Numbered from the stretch's first letter, positions 42,625 to 57,973 are shown. The stretch is 64,000 bases of DNA from Octopus vulgaris (GCA_951406725.2 OX597834.1:11036001-11100000); one strand, 5' to 3'. Translations and numbers: made by a program. The notes: generated by a model from the letters alone, not told the origin.

Positions 42625-43070
42625 ACTAAAAGCAGAACTTGGGGCAATATAGAGCGATTATACAAAGGCGACTCACTACAACATATGGGATACTGGGAGA
42701 GGCAAAATGAAGAGATGGTCTATTTCTTAGAGAGATCACACGAACAATATGTACTGATTAATATATGGAATATCCCGGAAGGGCTTGCTCTCCATTTGGG
42801 ATTTGAAAGCTGTACCAACTACCGAGATTGATGGCATCGTGTAATAACAAAAATCTCGTGTCTCCCTCTGGGGTAAGGACTCAGTAGTCTAACGTCTTGA
42901 GGTATGATATTTCATGTGTATTCAGTAGTCTGCTAGAGTTCTGCGAGATGAAGATATGGAGATTTTCGAAGAAGATTTAGACAGATTTCCTTCTGAAATA
43001 CCAAAGGATTCCACATTGAGAGAGGATACATAAAAAAAGTGCTACTCTGTCTAGTATGCTACACCATAAA
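42625..43070 (+). pseudogene. CR1/L2-type LINE 3' relic
   Basis: LERSHEQYVLINIWNIPEGL..GFESCTN resembles SLERRRERYxxIYxWKILEG. Confidence 0.6.
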
Positions 43071-43849
43071 CAATCTAGAAAATAAAGACAATCCCAGCAC
43101 AGCTTCATCCTCTGGCTGAAAGCAGGAAAGCAAGAATAAATCAAAAATATCCTTTGATTACAATTGTTTTGATCCTTCACATCTGTCTAACTCACTTCTA
43201 ACATTTTCTTTCTGTATATGTGTATCCAAAAACATTTAGATGTGCGTGTAAAGAATGCAAATGCGTAAGTTTAAATCTGCTTGTGTATGGCTTGTGAATT
43301 TTTGTGCTTACACGTCTCTGAGAATGGGAAATGAATACATATTTCACAGAATATTTTGCAACCTAAACGAGAGTAAAAGGAAGTCAAATAAAACACGAGA
43401 AAGACTTAAAAGAACGTAAAATAATACTTAAAATTCAAATGAAATGGGAAAATAAAATTAAAATATTTTTCGGAAAAGAATTTATGCGTGGAATGAATAA
43501 AAATAAATACTGAAGATATAAATATAAAAGCATTAAAAAGATATAATAAGAATAGAAATGTCCAATACGAATGATATGAATGACAAATATAAAGCAGCAA
43601 CTACAATAACAACAACAACAGTAACATTACGCGAAAGTAATGAACTGGTTCACCAAAGTTCTTTAAAGATTTGTTTGTAAATATTTGCTTCGTCTCAAGT
43701 GAGGCGACACTCTGTAATCCAGCCAGACATACAAATATATACACATCTATTATACATAAACGAGGGAAAACATACACACCCTATACATACACAGACACAT
43801 TTGTACACAAAACTAAAAGAGATAAACAGACACACACTGAATAGCATAT

Positions 43850-44345
43850 ATATGCATACATCGATACATATATACATACATACATACACACATACATACA
43901 TAAATACATGCATACATACATAAATACATACATACATACATACATACATCAATACATACATACATAAATGCATACATACATAAATAGATACATACATTCA
44001 TGCATAAATACATACATACATCAATACATACACACATAAATGCATACATACATAAATACATATATACATACATACATAAATAAATACATACACACATATA
44101 TACATACATACATACATAAATACATACATAAATACATACATAAATACATACATACATACATAAATACATACATACATACATAAATACATACATAATGCAT
44201 ACATACATACATACATACATACATGAATACATACATACATACAGAAATACATACATAATGCATACATACATACATACATAAATACATACATACATAAATA
44301 CATACATACATAAATACATACATACACACATGCATACATACATAA

Positions 44346-44378
<33 letters not shown>

Positions 44379-44665
44379 TTCATACATACATAAATACATA
44401 CAGACATACATACATACATACATGCATACATACATACATAGATACATATATACATACATAAATACATGCATACATACATAAATACATACATACATAAATA
44501 CATACATACATACATAAATACATACATACATACATACATACATACATACATACATACATAAATACATACATACATACATACATACATACATACATACATA
44601 CATACATGCATACATACATACATAAATACATACAGACATACATACATACATACATACATACACAC
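43850..44665. repeat. About 800-bp degenerate (CATA)n tract
   Basis: Direct reading; source of the MYVC-repeat ORFs. Confidence 0.95.
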
Positions 44666-45558
44666 AGCTGCTGCAGAGAGATCTGCATTGATAAACGTAT
44701 GCGTTTCCTTTAACAATTTTTCAGATGTTTTAATCGTAGGCTTGACAACACAACTCCCTCTTCTAGCAATTCTCTCCTTTCTTATTCATGTTAGAGGATT
44801 TTTCTTTTGTTTCTATCAATTTCGTTCTCTTCATTTCTGTCGATATTTTTTTTTCCTCTACAACAAAGAGGGAGACTTTGAAATTTATTACTGTCATTCT
44901 TAGTTTCCTATTTTTTTTTTCGTCTTTTTTTTTTGCCTTTCTTCTTTGTCCTTTAGTCACACTATATTACAGTACATAGAGAAGCGTGAGAATGCATTAG
45001 TTTAAGTGAACCGCTTTTTTTTTATAGTATTATTCGATTGTGTTATACTATAGTTTCTTGCACATATATTTTTTTCTCAAATTCCCTCATTAATTGCTAG
45101 TCTCACCACGTCTCTCTCTCTCACACTCGCTCTCCGACTATCACCGCCTTACTCCTTCTCTTTCTCTTATATTATCTCAATGTCTCATTTATATTTTCTC
45201 GCTTTTGTCTCCTTCCTTTTCTCCAATTTACCATAATACCAACAGAACACCCCCAAAGAACACAGAATTATCAACTTCTAAATGCATATATATGTGTATG
45301 TAGGTGAGTGTGTATACGTGTGTATCAATGCATGTATGTATGTAGGTATGTAGGTATGTATATGCGTGTGTGTGAGTTTCTGTATAAGTATATATCTATA
45401 CACACACACACACACACACACATATGTATTCATACACACTTACGTACATATATGTGTTTGTGTGCGTGCGTGTGTATGCGTGTCTGTCTGTCTGTCTACA
45501 GTTTATACTTATGTGTTTCTGCATAATTATATATGAATCTATATAGTAACTAGACCTG

Positions 45559-45592
<34 letters not shown>

Positions 45593-45625
45593 AACTTTGT
45601 ATGTTTATACGCATCCCCATTAATG

Positions 45626-45669
<44 letters not shown>

Positions 45670-46316
45670 CATATACATACATATGCACACTCATATATAT
45701 GTATGTATATACATGCATAATTAATGTGTTCTGTTGATTCAAAGATGGCTATTAGCTTTTAACACCATATTCTCGATGGACTAAAAGCATTGTAAAACTA
45801 ACTAAACTTACACACTTGGGTAAACGGATAAATGGAATGGCGTCGTCGAATAAAAATTAACCCCATCAAAAATACCTATTTATCAAACATGAAGTATCGC
45901 GGCCATGTTGGCGCGATTATAGTGTTAATAGAGTAAATATTTATCATTTCCTTCTTTATGTTCCCTTGAGATGTCTACATGATGGAATTAATAAAGTGTT
46001 ACTTGTAAAGTTGATGCTTTTCTACTTCACCGTCCATCAAACTTGAATATGAAATTAGATAAAAAGTTTTATGCCACCAGGCAAACAGTTGAGGGTTCTT
46101 ATTCTACCAGCAGATCTTTCGTTTTCTATGTTAACATCCTTTTCAGCTTCATTCGGATTGTTCCGTATCTTTGAGTTCCAGATTTGCTTTACTTACGGCA
46201 CGCTTTACTGCAACCAGATGCATTTTGGAAGAACGTGTGCATCAAATAAAATGGTGCATTTAATAGTATATATATAATGTTTAGTGTATACAGACATAAA
46301 CACACACGCATGAAAC

Positions 46317-46411
<95 letters not shown>

Positions 46412-46424
46412 TCATGCGTGTGTT

Positions 46425-46497
<73 letters not shown>

Positions 46498-46695
46498 TCA
46501 TGCGTGTGTTTATATATATATATATATGTATATATATATGCATGTATGTATCTATCTATAATTTAAACTTAAGAGAAAAACTATACATTTAATTTAGTAT
46601 TGAATACATGATGCATGTATGTATATATTTCTATCTCTATCTCTATCTATCTCTATCTATCTATCTATCTCTATTTCTCTCTATATATATCTATA

Positions 46696-46736
<41 letters not shown>

Positions 46737-46738
46737 CC

Positions 46739-46854
<116 letters not shown>

Positions 46855-48394
46855 TATTTAGAACTTCAGGTTACATTTATCAAGTGTTTCATGATATAAC
46901 TTAAATATTTCTTTTGTTGGAATTCGCAATAGGTCACGCCACCTAGTGAATATTGTAGATAGCCCCATATGTCATGCATGACACTCTAGCTATAAATCGT
47001 CAGAAACTTTCGAAAGAAATATAATTTGTTTATAGTCAGAAACGAAGACTGTAGTACTTACAGGGTATATAGTTTTCAAGAGACCTACAATGAAATCAGT
47101 AAAGGGATATAAAGTGATTTAATCTTTAGGGGAATAAATATATCTTTTAAACCAAGAAATTCAAACGTGGGACGCGCGAACAAGCTACCAAGTGTGCCAT
47201 AGTTAATTTGAAGTGGTGGCAGCCTGCAAGAACAGCTCTGACATCTATCTGAATTCAGTGGAACATGTTTATCATAGAGGTTGTTCTAATTCTAATGGTA
47301 TCGTATGGAATATTCTGTATATACATCACATTCAATGGTTATGGTTATTAGTTGATGGCGCCTTCAATTCCAGTGTCCGTACACAGTCTGTTTTAGTGAT
47401 CTGGGACATGATATCATTGTAACCCATTTATAGTTTGAACTTAGTTTGAACGGAGCTGCACACCATTTCTGTGTTCGTATCTTCTTAAGTGAAGATTCTC
47501 TTGCGATGGCCTTAGCTGAGACGCACTGAATATGCAACCAAAATCCGTGTGAATACGGTTAACATAGCCATCCAAATAGTATTCCATTTGAGTTACTTGG
47601 ATGCTTTGTTCTTTTCTGTTCTGAGCTTGTCTTTATCAACTCCCATGTGTACATGACTTGTGTTCTAGCCTGTTTTGTCGTGTTCTTATAACTATGATAT
47701 TATTTGATGAACAAAAAACTTAAAATGTTCTGCATACTGAAATGAGGTTTGCACAAACATTATTATGGTTGTGTCGTCAAGGTTTATCACGTCCCTTCTG
47801 TCATAGAACTTCAGTTCAAATTTTAAGCTAAGCACTTCGACAATCCCATGCCTTATCTCATCGTTGGACTTGACAATTACTAATGTATGATCTTTGTATC
47901 TCTGGGTCCCACATGAACCCGCGAAGAAGTGGGGTTTTTTAGGAGGTTCCTACTTATTTCGTCGTAACTATATCACTGAGGTGTGAGAGGTTTTTGGGAT
48001 CTAACAGTGTTGCCCAAATCTCCATTTCCCTTGGGAGGTTATCGCTGTTTGGTCTGAGGCTGCTTATTCTTCCGGAAGGTTCCTCCTTATCTCGCAACTT
48101 GACATCATAACTGTGTGGTTGGTCCATTACATTTGGACGTATGATGGAAATTCCGCTGCGGTGCCAGTAATAACTGCAGAGGCTGGAGACTTACAAGTCA
48201 CTGGCTGTTAGAATTGGATGCGGACTTTTGCTGCTAATACTGAGACACTCATTTTCTCAAGGTTCACTGACTCTGGCGAGGACTTTCGTGAATCTGAGGA
48301 CTGTGATTGAAACAGGAGTTTGAATTAGTTCAGGTAATACAGGAGCATTTGTGCCCGCTTCAACATTCCCCTTTCAGAAAAAGGTTAGTGTAAA

Positions 48395-48830
48395 AGCCAT
48401 ACCCACTATCTTCAGTTTTTTTGTTTCTGCTGCTTACCTTACATATGGTTATGAATCATGCAATGACCAAAAGGATATTATGGCGAATACAAGCGGAAGA
48501 AATGAGTTTCTTCCAATGGGTCCTTAAAGTTGTTACTGGACAGAGTACCTTGCTCGGAGATAGGAGAATCGCTCCAAGTAGAGTCATCACTTCTCCCAAT
48601 TGCGATATTACTGCGCCAATGCTACGAACATGCGGTAAGACCATCAAACGAAGGAATTGCTGGCCAGGTTTTACAAGCAAAACCGACCGGAACGAGATTA
48701 AGGGAACAATAGTTGGATGACATCAATTAGCTCGGCTGGTCTCGCCTTGGGATTCAACCGGATCAATTGGAGTCGATTAGTTGTTTATGACATGTTCCAA
48801 TGGAAAGCATGCTTGAGGACTCTGTGAGAG
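48395..48830 (+). pseudogene. RTE (Expander/Rex3-like) LINE 3' relic
   Basis: LTYGYES..MTKRILWRIQAEEMSFF..LLDRVPCSEIGESLQVE..QVLQAKPTG..LGWSRLGIQP. Confidence 0.75.
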
Positions 48831-49296
48831 AAGAAAATAAGATGAGAGATGACATACGTACTAACTTTGAACTTCATGTCAAAAGTGTCAGAAATACATA
48901 TTGAAGGATTATTGAGTATATGAAAGAAAACAGTTCGTACTTATTTTATTAATTTAAAACGTTAAGACAGAGCAATTTGAAATTCGAAAAAAGCAAATTG
49001 AGCTGCTTCAAAAGTTGAATTCGTGCAGTTGTTAATTTAACATAGAACAATAGAATTATTCATTAATGTTATTTTGGGTGGTTTTAGGCGATTTATTAGT
49101 CATTGTAACTGTTCATGTTCTTGACAATGTTTTTGGTGTTTCATATATATCAATTTGATGATATATAAGAAAATAACTTGAACGCGTGTTTAAAGAAGTA
49201 TTTTATTTATATACATATGTATGTAAGCATGTGTGTATGTATACGTTATGTACTCATGCATATACCTATCTATATTTATTTACCTATATATGTATA

Positions 49297-49351
<55 letters not shown>

Positions 49352-49498
49352 ATAAATATACATATACGAGTTGGGTTGAGTTTGTATATAAAAATATATA
49401 TGTATATATATATGCGTGTGAGCGTGTGTATGCACACACATACATACACACATGTGTATATGTATATATATATCTGTGTGTGTGCGTATAAGATATAT

Positions 49499-49562
<64 letters not shown>

Positions 49563-49874
49563 ATATATATATTGTATATAAAGATATATATGCATGTGAG
49601 TGTATATGTATGTATATGTGTATGCAGATACACTTGATGTATATCTAAATATGTATTTAGGTATATATAAATATATATTTAATAACTAGTGTTACTGCAG
49701 CAATTATTTCCGAATATTCTATGAATGTTTGCCGGGCATGACTTCAGCACCTCGAGTTCAAAATGTAAGAATTGGGTACGTATGTATAAATAACAAGTGT
49801 AATGGGAGGGAGGGAGCTGGGTGAATGGAGAACATTTGAGGGGTCAGATAATTTGGAAACTTAGCAAATATCCT

Positions 49875-50255
49875 CTGTGTGAAAAGTCTGGGTGCATATA
49901 CGTTAGCATATGTCAGGTGCATACAATTGATAACACAGTTAATTAAGATTTATTCAGTGAGTTTCTATTCAACACATGTTTACACGTGGAATCCATTAGA
50001 TGAAGGCATTTTCAAAGTTTTGGCCGATAAAGTTGAACTGAAAAACCCTACAACGTGGCATGAATTGCACGAAGCCATCTTGCAGTCTTGGGAAGAGCAA
50101 TCTGAGCGGAAAATTCGTGGATGTATTAAACATCAAACTCGTGTTCGGCGTCAAATAGTTGACTGTCGTGGTGGTAACAGATTCGTGTAACAAATTTTGT
50201 GTTTATTTTTGTTTCATAATATATATTTTTTCGGATGCACCCAGACTTTTACCAG
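49875..50255 (+). mobile_element. Internally deleted Tc1-like element with both TIRs
   Basis: AAAAGTCTGGGTGCAT at 49882-49897 is inverted at 50235-50250. Encodes WNPLDEGIF..ELHEAILQSWEE..RRQIVDCRGG (transposase C-terminus). Confidence 0.75.
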
Positions 50256-50893
50256 AATTTAATCTTCCATAAAAGAAAACAAAAGCTCGGGTATTTATTG
50301 CCTATAATATGTTTGATACAAAATACATTGGAGAAAGTAGTTAAAAATATTGGTCAAATAGATGCAGGAAGGGCAATTATATAAAATACTTAAAATGAAT
50401 TATGAACTACGAATATACAGCGACATATATTTAGAAATTTTGACTGAATAATAGTTTTAAAGGTTAAGTTGAAACGTAACACAGAAGAAAAATGTCATTG
50501 GCCAGTTTAATAAAATACCCATTATTTATAATGAATGGTAATGTTATTTGTTATAATATACACTTATGCAATACTAATTGCTTAAGAGAGTTGTTGAAAA
50601 TATTTTGAAAGAAATTGAAATCGTTGTTCTATTTCATATCTCTCTGAAATTCTTCCTCCCCAGACACCGAATGCAATCAACTCTGTCTAATTTCACATCC
50701 TTCAATATTAATCCGTGATTGTTGAAGCAATGTCTAGAATTTAATCTTCAAACATTAAAGTAAATATTAATTTCTTTGTGTTATGTTTGTCTTGTTCAGA
50801 TTGTCTTTTCTGCAGTTAGGTTTTGTTGCTGTTGTTATATGTTTCAGAAGAAAAGCGCACATATAGACCCTTATTTTTAGTAGTAATAGGATC

Positions 50894-51035
50894 AAGGCAG
50901 CAAACTGGCTGATTCATTAGCACACCGGTCAAAATGCTAAGCGGCATTTCGTCCGTCCTTGCGTTCTGAGTTCAAATTTCACTGTGGTTGACTCTGTCTT
51001 TCATCTTTTTGGGATCGATGAAATAAATACCAGGC
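50894..51035 (+). mobile_element. SINE family 2, partial
   Basis: AAGGCAGCAAACTGGC head, GTTCTGAGTTCAAAT, TTTCATCTTTTTGGGATCGATG. Confidence 0.75.
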
Positions 51036-51960
51036 CTTGTGGCTGAAATTGGATTGGATTATTAGTTGCAGCATTAATATTATTCTTATTCATTCCCTCC
51101 ACCTGGGAGATAGTTTAAAATTCATTGGTAGTAGTAGTAGTAGGAGGAGGAGGAGCAATAGGAGTAGTAGTAGTACATGTATGTAATGTATATAAAAACA
51201 CATACAGAAGGAAAAGGGTCACACAAGTACGTTGCAGAATATCTAGAGATCTGTAAATGTTTACATATGTTTTTTGGCATGTACTTACAAAGATGTGATT
51301 TACATAAACTACTTGTGTGTGTGTGTGTGTGTGTGCTTATGTGCGTGTAGGTGTGTGGGGGATTATGTGTGTGTATGTGTACATGTCATTATGTGCGTGT
51401 ACATATATACATATTCAAATGTTTACAAATATATGTTTGTGTGTGCATGCGTGTATATACGTATGTATATATGTAAATATGCATTATATCATATTATATT
51501 ACATATATATAAAGCACTCTAGCTCTGAATACCAAGTTCATTATTTCCCGCGCAGTGTGGTGCTTTCTGTTACAGAGATTGTAAATTATATTTATTTGCA
51601 TTCTCAAAACTTTGTATGATATTTACTTTCATAAAAATTGTTTTTCGAGAAGTTTCGATATCTTATTATTTACTTTGCTAAAATAAATTTCCTTTCCATT
51701 AATATTTTCTCATACACAGCAACTAACAATATTGCTCCGCATATGATTTTTGTATGTAGCAATAATGGCAGATGAATGAAATCAATGTTTCGTAATATTC
51801 AGTTTCTGCTCAGTCAGATTGAAGTTCATTTCCCGCTAGATTTCTATTTATCTTTCTAATGCACGGAGTAATATATTTTTTTTAATAACCGTTCAAACTC
51901 CATGATATTCGACTCCTTGTTGCTATGACCAATATTTTGAAAAATGTAGTCTCTCTCTAA

Positions 51961-52374
51961 TACTCTTTTACTCTTTTACTGTTTTACTTGTTTCAGTCAC
52001 TTTGACTGTGGCCATGCTGGAGCACCACCTTTAGTCGAGCAAATCGACCCCGGGACTTATTCTTTGTAAGCCCAGTACTTATTCTATCGGTCTCTTTTGC
52101 CGAACCGCTAAGTGACAGGGACGTAAACACACCAGCATCGGTTGTCAGGCAATGCTAGGGGGACAAACACAGACACACAAACACACACATACATATATAT
52201 ATACATATATACGACAGGCTTCTTTCAGTTTCCGTCTACCAAATCCACTCACAAGGCTTTGGTCGGCCCGGGGCTATAGCAGAAGACACTTGCCCAAGAT
52301 GTCAAGCAGTGGGACTGAACCCGGAACCATGTAGTTGGTTAGCAAGCTACTTACCACACAGCCACTCCTGCGCC
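51961..52374 (-). mobile_element. SINE family 1, full length
   Basis: Reverse-complement match. Confidence 0.9.
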
Positions 52375-52445
52375 TATAGATTTTTTTTTCTGAAGAACAC
52401 AACGAGATTTATTTATTTATTTTTTATATATAGAGAGAGTATAGA

Positions 52446-52679
52446 GGCGCAGGAGTGGCTGTGTGGTAAGTAGCTTGTTTACCAACCACATGGTTCCGGG
52501 ATCAGTCCCACTGCGTGGCACCTTGGTCAAGTGTCTTCTACTATAGCCTCGGGCCGACCAAAGCCTTGTGAGTGGATTTGGTAGACGGAAATTGAAAGAA
52601 GCCCGTCGTATATATGTATATATATGTGTATATATATGTGTATGTATATGTGTATGTATATATATATATATATGTGTGT

Positions 52680-52715
<36 letters not shown>

Positions 52716-52936
52716 GCTTGTATGTTTGTGTGTTTGTGTTTGTCTCCCTAGCATTGCTTGACAACCGATGCTGGTGTGTTTATGTCCCCGTTACTTAGCG
52801 GTTCGGCAAAAGAGACCGATAGAATAAGTACTGGGCTTACAAAAGAATAAGTCCCGGGTTCGAGTTGCTCGATTAAGGGCGATGCTCCAGCATGGCCGCA
52901 GTCAAATGACTGAAACAAGTAAAAGAGTAAAAGAGT
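52446..52936 (+). mobile_element. SINE family 1, full length
   Basis: Head-to-head with 51961-52374. Confidence 0.9.
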
Positions 52937-53990
52937 ACAATGAGGGGGTTTTTTTCTGTAGAACAAAACGAGCATTTTATTTCCTTGGAATACATATTAC
53001 CAACCTTTTCTGGAGTGGTTATTTAAAGATTTTGTTCTTTGCAGGCAGCTCCAAAAAGGACTGGTTTACAGATTGCATGTCACTCAAGAAGCCACGAATT
53101 CCAACGATAATGACTTTGATAACCAGAGCTAATCGCTTGAAATTTGAAACGCAGATGTGGAATAAAAACTAAGTGGACTACGTATGAAAGATAATTAATG
53201 CTTATCTCTGAGCGATTATATCTTTAAATCGCCTTATATGTGAAATATCAGAACACAATAAATTATATCAAAGCTAATAAACAAAAATATAAAAAGATTC
53301 GTAAATTATTTACACTAAATTGTCACTCATTGTTAAATTTAAGATTACTTACAAGAATTAAATTACATATTTATCTGTTGGTTTCATATTTGATCTTACC
53401 ACATATAGTGACATCACAGATGGTGACATTCGTGCTTCCATTAATGAAGAATGTGTCTGTAATATACTGTAAATTTGCAACGGAAATTATTCGACCGAAA
53501 CTGTAAGTCCAAACTAAAGTAAAAGACATCTGACTCGAAAAATGCTAAATGTACATTACCAGCTGAATGTAATCCTACACAGCGGATGAATGATAGACAT
53601 GGGTAGCGTGGGCTCACGACAATTATAGTGACTTTTCGAAATAAATCACATGGGGGAAAATGACTTAATGTTGTTGTTTTGTTTTTATTTTGCTGAAAGA
53701 TATACTGAATTACATAGAAGAAAACTGCTTTAAAATTCTCTCTTTCTTGAAGGAACACAACAAAAGGAGAAAAAGATGTAGCGGTAATTGTAGGCGTCTT
53801 TCAACTCGAAGATGTTAGAAACAATCTCTTTAAATTAATTAATTCAAATTATATTCCATTTTCGTGAGAGTGCCTGCAATTTCCTTTAAATATTTCTGTC
53901 TCCGTCTTGGACAGAAATTCTGTTTAATGGAGAAGTTTTAGCGTGCGAAGAGAGGAAACAATATTTCACGTCAACATTTCATTTGAAGCT

Positions 53991-54205
53991 AAGGCGGCAA
54001 ACTGGCAGAAGCTTTTAGCACACCGGGCAAAATGCTTAGCGGCATTTCGTCCGGCGTTACGTTCTGAATTCAAATTCCACCGAGGTCGACTTTGCTTTTC
54101 ATCCTTTCGCAGTCGATAAATTAAGCACCAGTTGATCCCTGAGGTCTTTGTAATCGACTTATCACGCACACACACCTGAGCTTGCTGGCCGTGAGCAAAA
54201 ATTTA
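53991..54205 (+). mobile_element. SINE family 2 (Meta-domain-like core)
   Basis: CCGAGGTCGACTTTGCTTTTCATCCTTTCGCAGTCGATAAATTAAGCACCAG resembles the MetaSINE central domain. Confidence 0.8.
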
Positions 54206-57200
54206 AACTAATATTTCATTTGGTGATTTGATAAAAGCGTTTATATCAAGGTTATGGTGCAATCCTCGGGCGTGCGCTTAGAGGAAACAGAAACATGAGA
54301 TGTTCTCAGAATGCGGAGTTTGTTTTGAATATGAAAAAAATGCACCGGTTCCTTCGATTGTAATAGTCGCAATGACGCAATGATAAAAGCATAGAGGAGA
54401 ATGAAGTTGCAGTAACTCTTGCTATCAAACTGAGCCCAAATCTTTGCTGAAAATCTTAGCGCTTACACATGAAAAATCCTTTCGTTGTTATATTTTAACT
54501 CTTCCTAGTGAATAACACGGTTTCCGCTCTGCGAGAAACCTGTAACGTCAATCAGTGATTTCAAAGCAGCGATTAACTGAAATCTGTCAGCATAGAAGTA
54601 CAGAAATATACACCGTTGATGATGGAAGCAGGAGCCTTTGATAATGGAAACAGGTACCTTTAAGTCTGTTTACTGGACTGCATTTAGTCAACAATTATAT
54701 ACAAGCAGTATTAAGCACTATGTTATTGATTATTAACATCTACCAAAGAAAACCATTGCTCTGTATGAAAAGGATCCGATGCAAATATTGCAGTTGTGAA
54801 ATTTTGAGACCATATTCTTTTAAAAGAGGAACACGTCTACACCGCTTGAGAAACACCTTTCATATCTTTCAACTAAAGATTTGCTGACAAAATAAGGATT
54901 TTCGAATCAGCTGTTCCTCCCCATTTCATTATCGCAGAACGGGGTAATACGATAACTGGTTTGTGTGAGTGTTATTTGAAACGTGATGTCCTTTGCTTCA
55001 GAAACTAATGACGTCGTGATCTGTATATGAAAATTTCTTCATTGTTATATCGCAATACTACAGAGTGGCTGTGTGAGCTTCGAAATCCTCGACGCCTAGA
55101 CTTATCCCTCTATATGTACGTATTGGGCTAGCCTACTTCATCGTCTGGGGGCGTCCACACAAGAGGTACCTACATCAATAATCTTAAGGCCGCATCAAAG
55201 CTCTTCACATATCTTAAAAGAACGGCCACGGACTCAGAGTTTGATTTGAAGACGTGCATTCATAAGAAATATCCATCAGACGAGTGGAATGAAAATTTGA
55301 AATTAAATGGTCGAGGAAATACCATAGCAATTACGGACTTAAGATTAAGATAATTTTAGCACGAATAATGTATGGTTACTAGATTAGAAGATGGCATAAA
55401 TTGTAGTTAATAATAAAATACATATAAATTAAATTGGCCGGAATGATTGAATATACGATGGAATGTTTAAGAAATAGTAAACATACGACACGTTGAATGT
55501 TATGAGAATATTATTCTAACGACTTGTTTTGCTAAGACATAATGTATGTCAGAAGAAATTTTAGATTTCTAAAACAGAACATTAGAAATTGTAGCATATA
55601 ATTCTCATTCTAAAATTTCTTTAAAAATTGATATTTAGATATTTTGTAGTACATATTTGAATTTTAATTGAGTACTATAATAGAAAATTGGTTATATATT
55701 GCAGACAAAATTAAATATTGTAATATTATATTGATACCTTAAATTATTTTACGATCTTAATTCCTCTTATACTTGAAATATACGCTACACATTGTAAGAA
55801 AATCATTGAGAGTAATTAAGACAATTTATAAAAAACAAAAGAGAAGGAATTAAGATCTTGCAGTGAATGCAAATCGATAGAAACTGGAAAGCTTAGAGAG
55901 AAAATAATATACGTTTACGTAACCATAATAAACACTTAAGAGTTTCGTCATAAAAACCGTTATTAGGATATACGAGTTATACTTGGATGTTAGCGTGAGT
56001 TTAATAGTATTCTTCACTAAAATATTAAATTAGCACGCTAAGAAGATATTGTACATTTCGTATCTGTTGAATATATATAAAGACACCCACATATATATGT
56101 GTGTGTGCATGTGTGTATATTTATATATATATGTATATATATACATATCTATATATATATATATATATATATAGATATTCAGATGAATATGGTACTTAAG
56201 TCGAAAGCACCAGAATTTAGTATGGTATTATGCATACAATTTAAAATAAGGTGATTATAATCAAAATAATCCTCTTATCCTTTTGGTGATTTTGGATAAA
56301 ATTATACTAATGAGTCATTCGAATTTAATTAAATTCAATATTTTTGTGCACCTGAAGATTGCTCTACATTTTATATTGATGTAATGTTTGCATTGCATTG
56401 TTCAACTGTTATCACCGGAGTAAGAATCTGGTTTGAAGATAAGGTTGCTTAGTTCTGTTCTTCTTTTTAGGGCTGTTTATATACCTTGATAACTGAATGT
56501 AAAATAACCCTCTTATATCTATAAAATCAACGGAATTGAAAAAGCAACAGAATTTATGTTATTATGTGTATAGTAAATATTGTCACTTCGTTACTGTGTT
56601 TGGAATTTATTATACAACATTGTGTTACCGAAAAGAAGCATAAAACATTTTCTACTTAGATTTTATCGTAATTAATCTTTGTTTCTGAGTAAATATGATT
56701 TATTTTGAACGGAAATTATGAACAAATGATATCATGATACGGCAATAGTATTATTATTATAAATCAAAAATAAATATGTCATTCTTTCTCATTTATGATT
56801 CGTTTAATTATTCATATATATATGTAAGGTATCATAAACTTCAAACATTCTGCATTTTGATACATACTATATTTTCTAGGAATTTTAGCTTAGAAATTGT
56901 ACCAATTTCCATTTTTACATATTCACCCTCATATAGATTTTTTATGAAAGACGTATGGATTTATATTTTATAAGGAAATAAGTTCTTGGCGCCCACGTTC
57001 TCGACAATGTTATATTTATTCAGTGTAACATCGACTAAAAAATAGGTAAGTCTATAAAAGATGTATACCAAACGCACCTTCTGCAAAACTAAAATATTTA
57101 TTGAGAGATCCAGGCGGATTATTGTATTTTGTTGGAAAAAATCTCAACTGAGAAACTTATGAATATTTTATTTCAAAATGTTGGAATGTTCTCTTCCTTT

Positions 57201-57973
57201 CAATCTATTACAAAAGCTTATAGAATTTAAGAGTTGCTATTTATGCCCAAAACTCTCTGAAACAAGATTTTTTAAAGAAACAACCAGAACGCATTTTCTT
57301 CCATAAATCCAAAGTTTCTGTACGAGATCACCAAATATACATACCGCGGTGTCTTCCGCGATTTAGTCATAAACTTATATTGAAAATAATTATTAATATT
57401 AATTTTAAAATACTTGCTACCGACATAGATAACAGAACTACACTGATGATAGCAGTAGGAATGATTTTCAAGTTTAAAATTCCAATCGATATTACTAACA
57501 ATTTTTCCATTATAAACGGTAAAATTCTGAAATATGCAATCTAATTACGTATAACTATATGTATATATATATAATTATATCATTCAGATAATCAACTTTA
57601 GATTAAAATTTCTTCCTTGCAAACTTATAAATAAATAATTAAATTGTTTAACAAAAATCCAGCACAAATATTTGCTTACTATCTGCTTTGATACAAAGAC
57701 TATAACACTTTGATGAGAGAAGCTGTTTGTACAACCTCATTTAACAATTACGCACTCCCCCACTCACTCACTCACGCACTCAAACATTTCCAGCTACGAA
57801 ATCTTTAATCTTTAATCGTTTATTTCCACTATGTTTTCTTGTGGCTTTTGCCTTTACATGAGCTTAAAAGAGCAACATTAGTTGTGTGGCACTCCTGCAT
57901 AATCTGTTTGAAATGTTTTAAAGTGTATTTCCCGCTTAAGCCTGGAACTATACATTATATATATATATATATG

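Noticed and set aside
54250-55320. Possible Tc1/mariner relic (PRRLDLSL resembling PRSPDLSP)
   Set aside because: Too decayed to support by eye.
56950-57400. Possible host exon near a GGTAAGT donor
   Set aside because: No sustained ORF or recognisable protein similarity.
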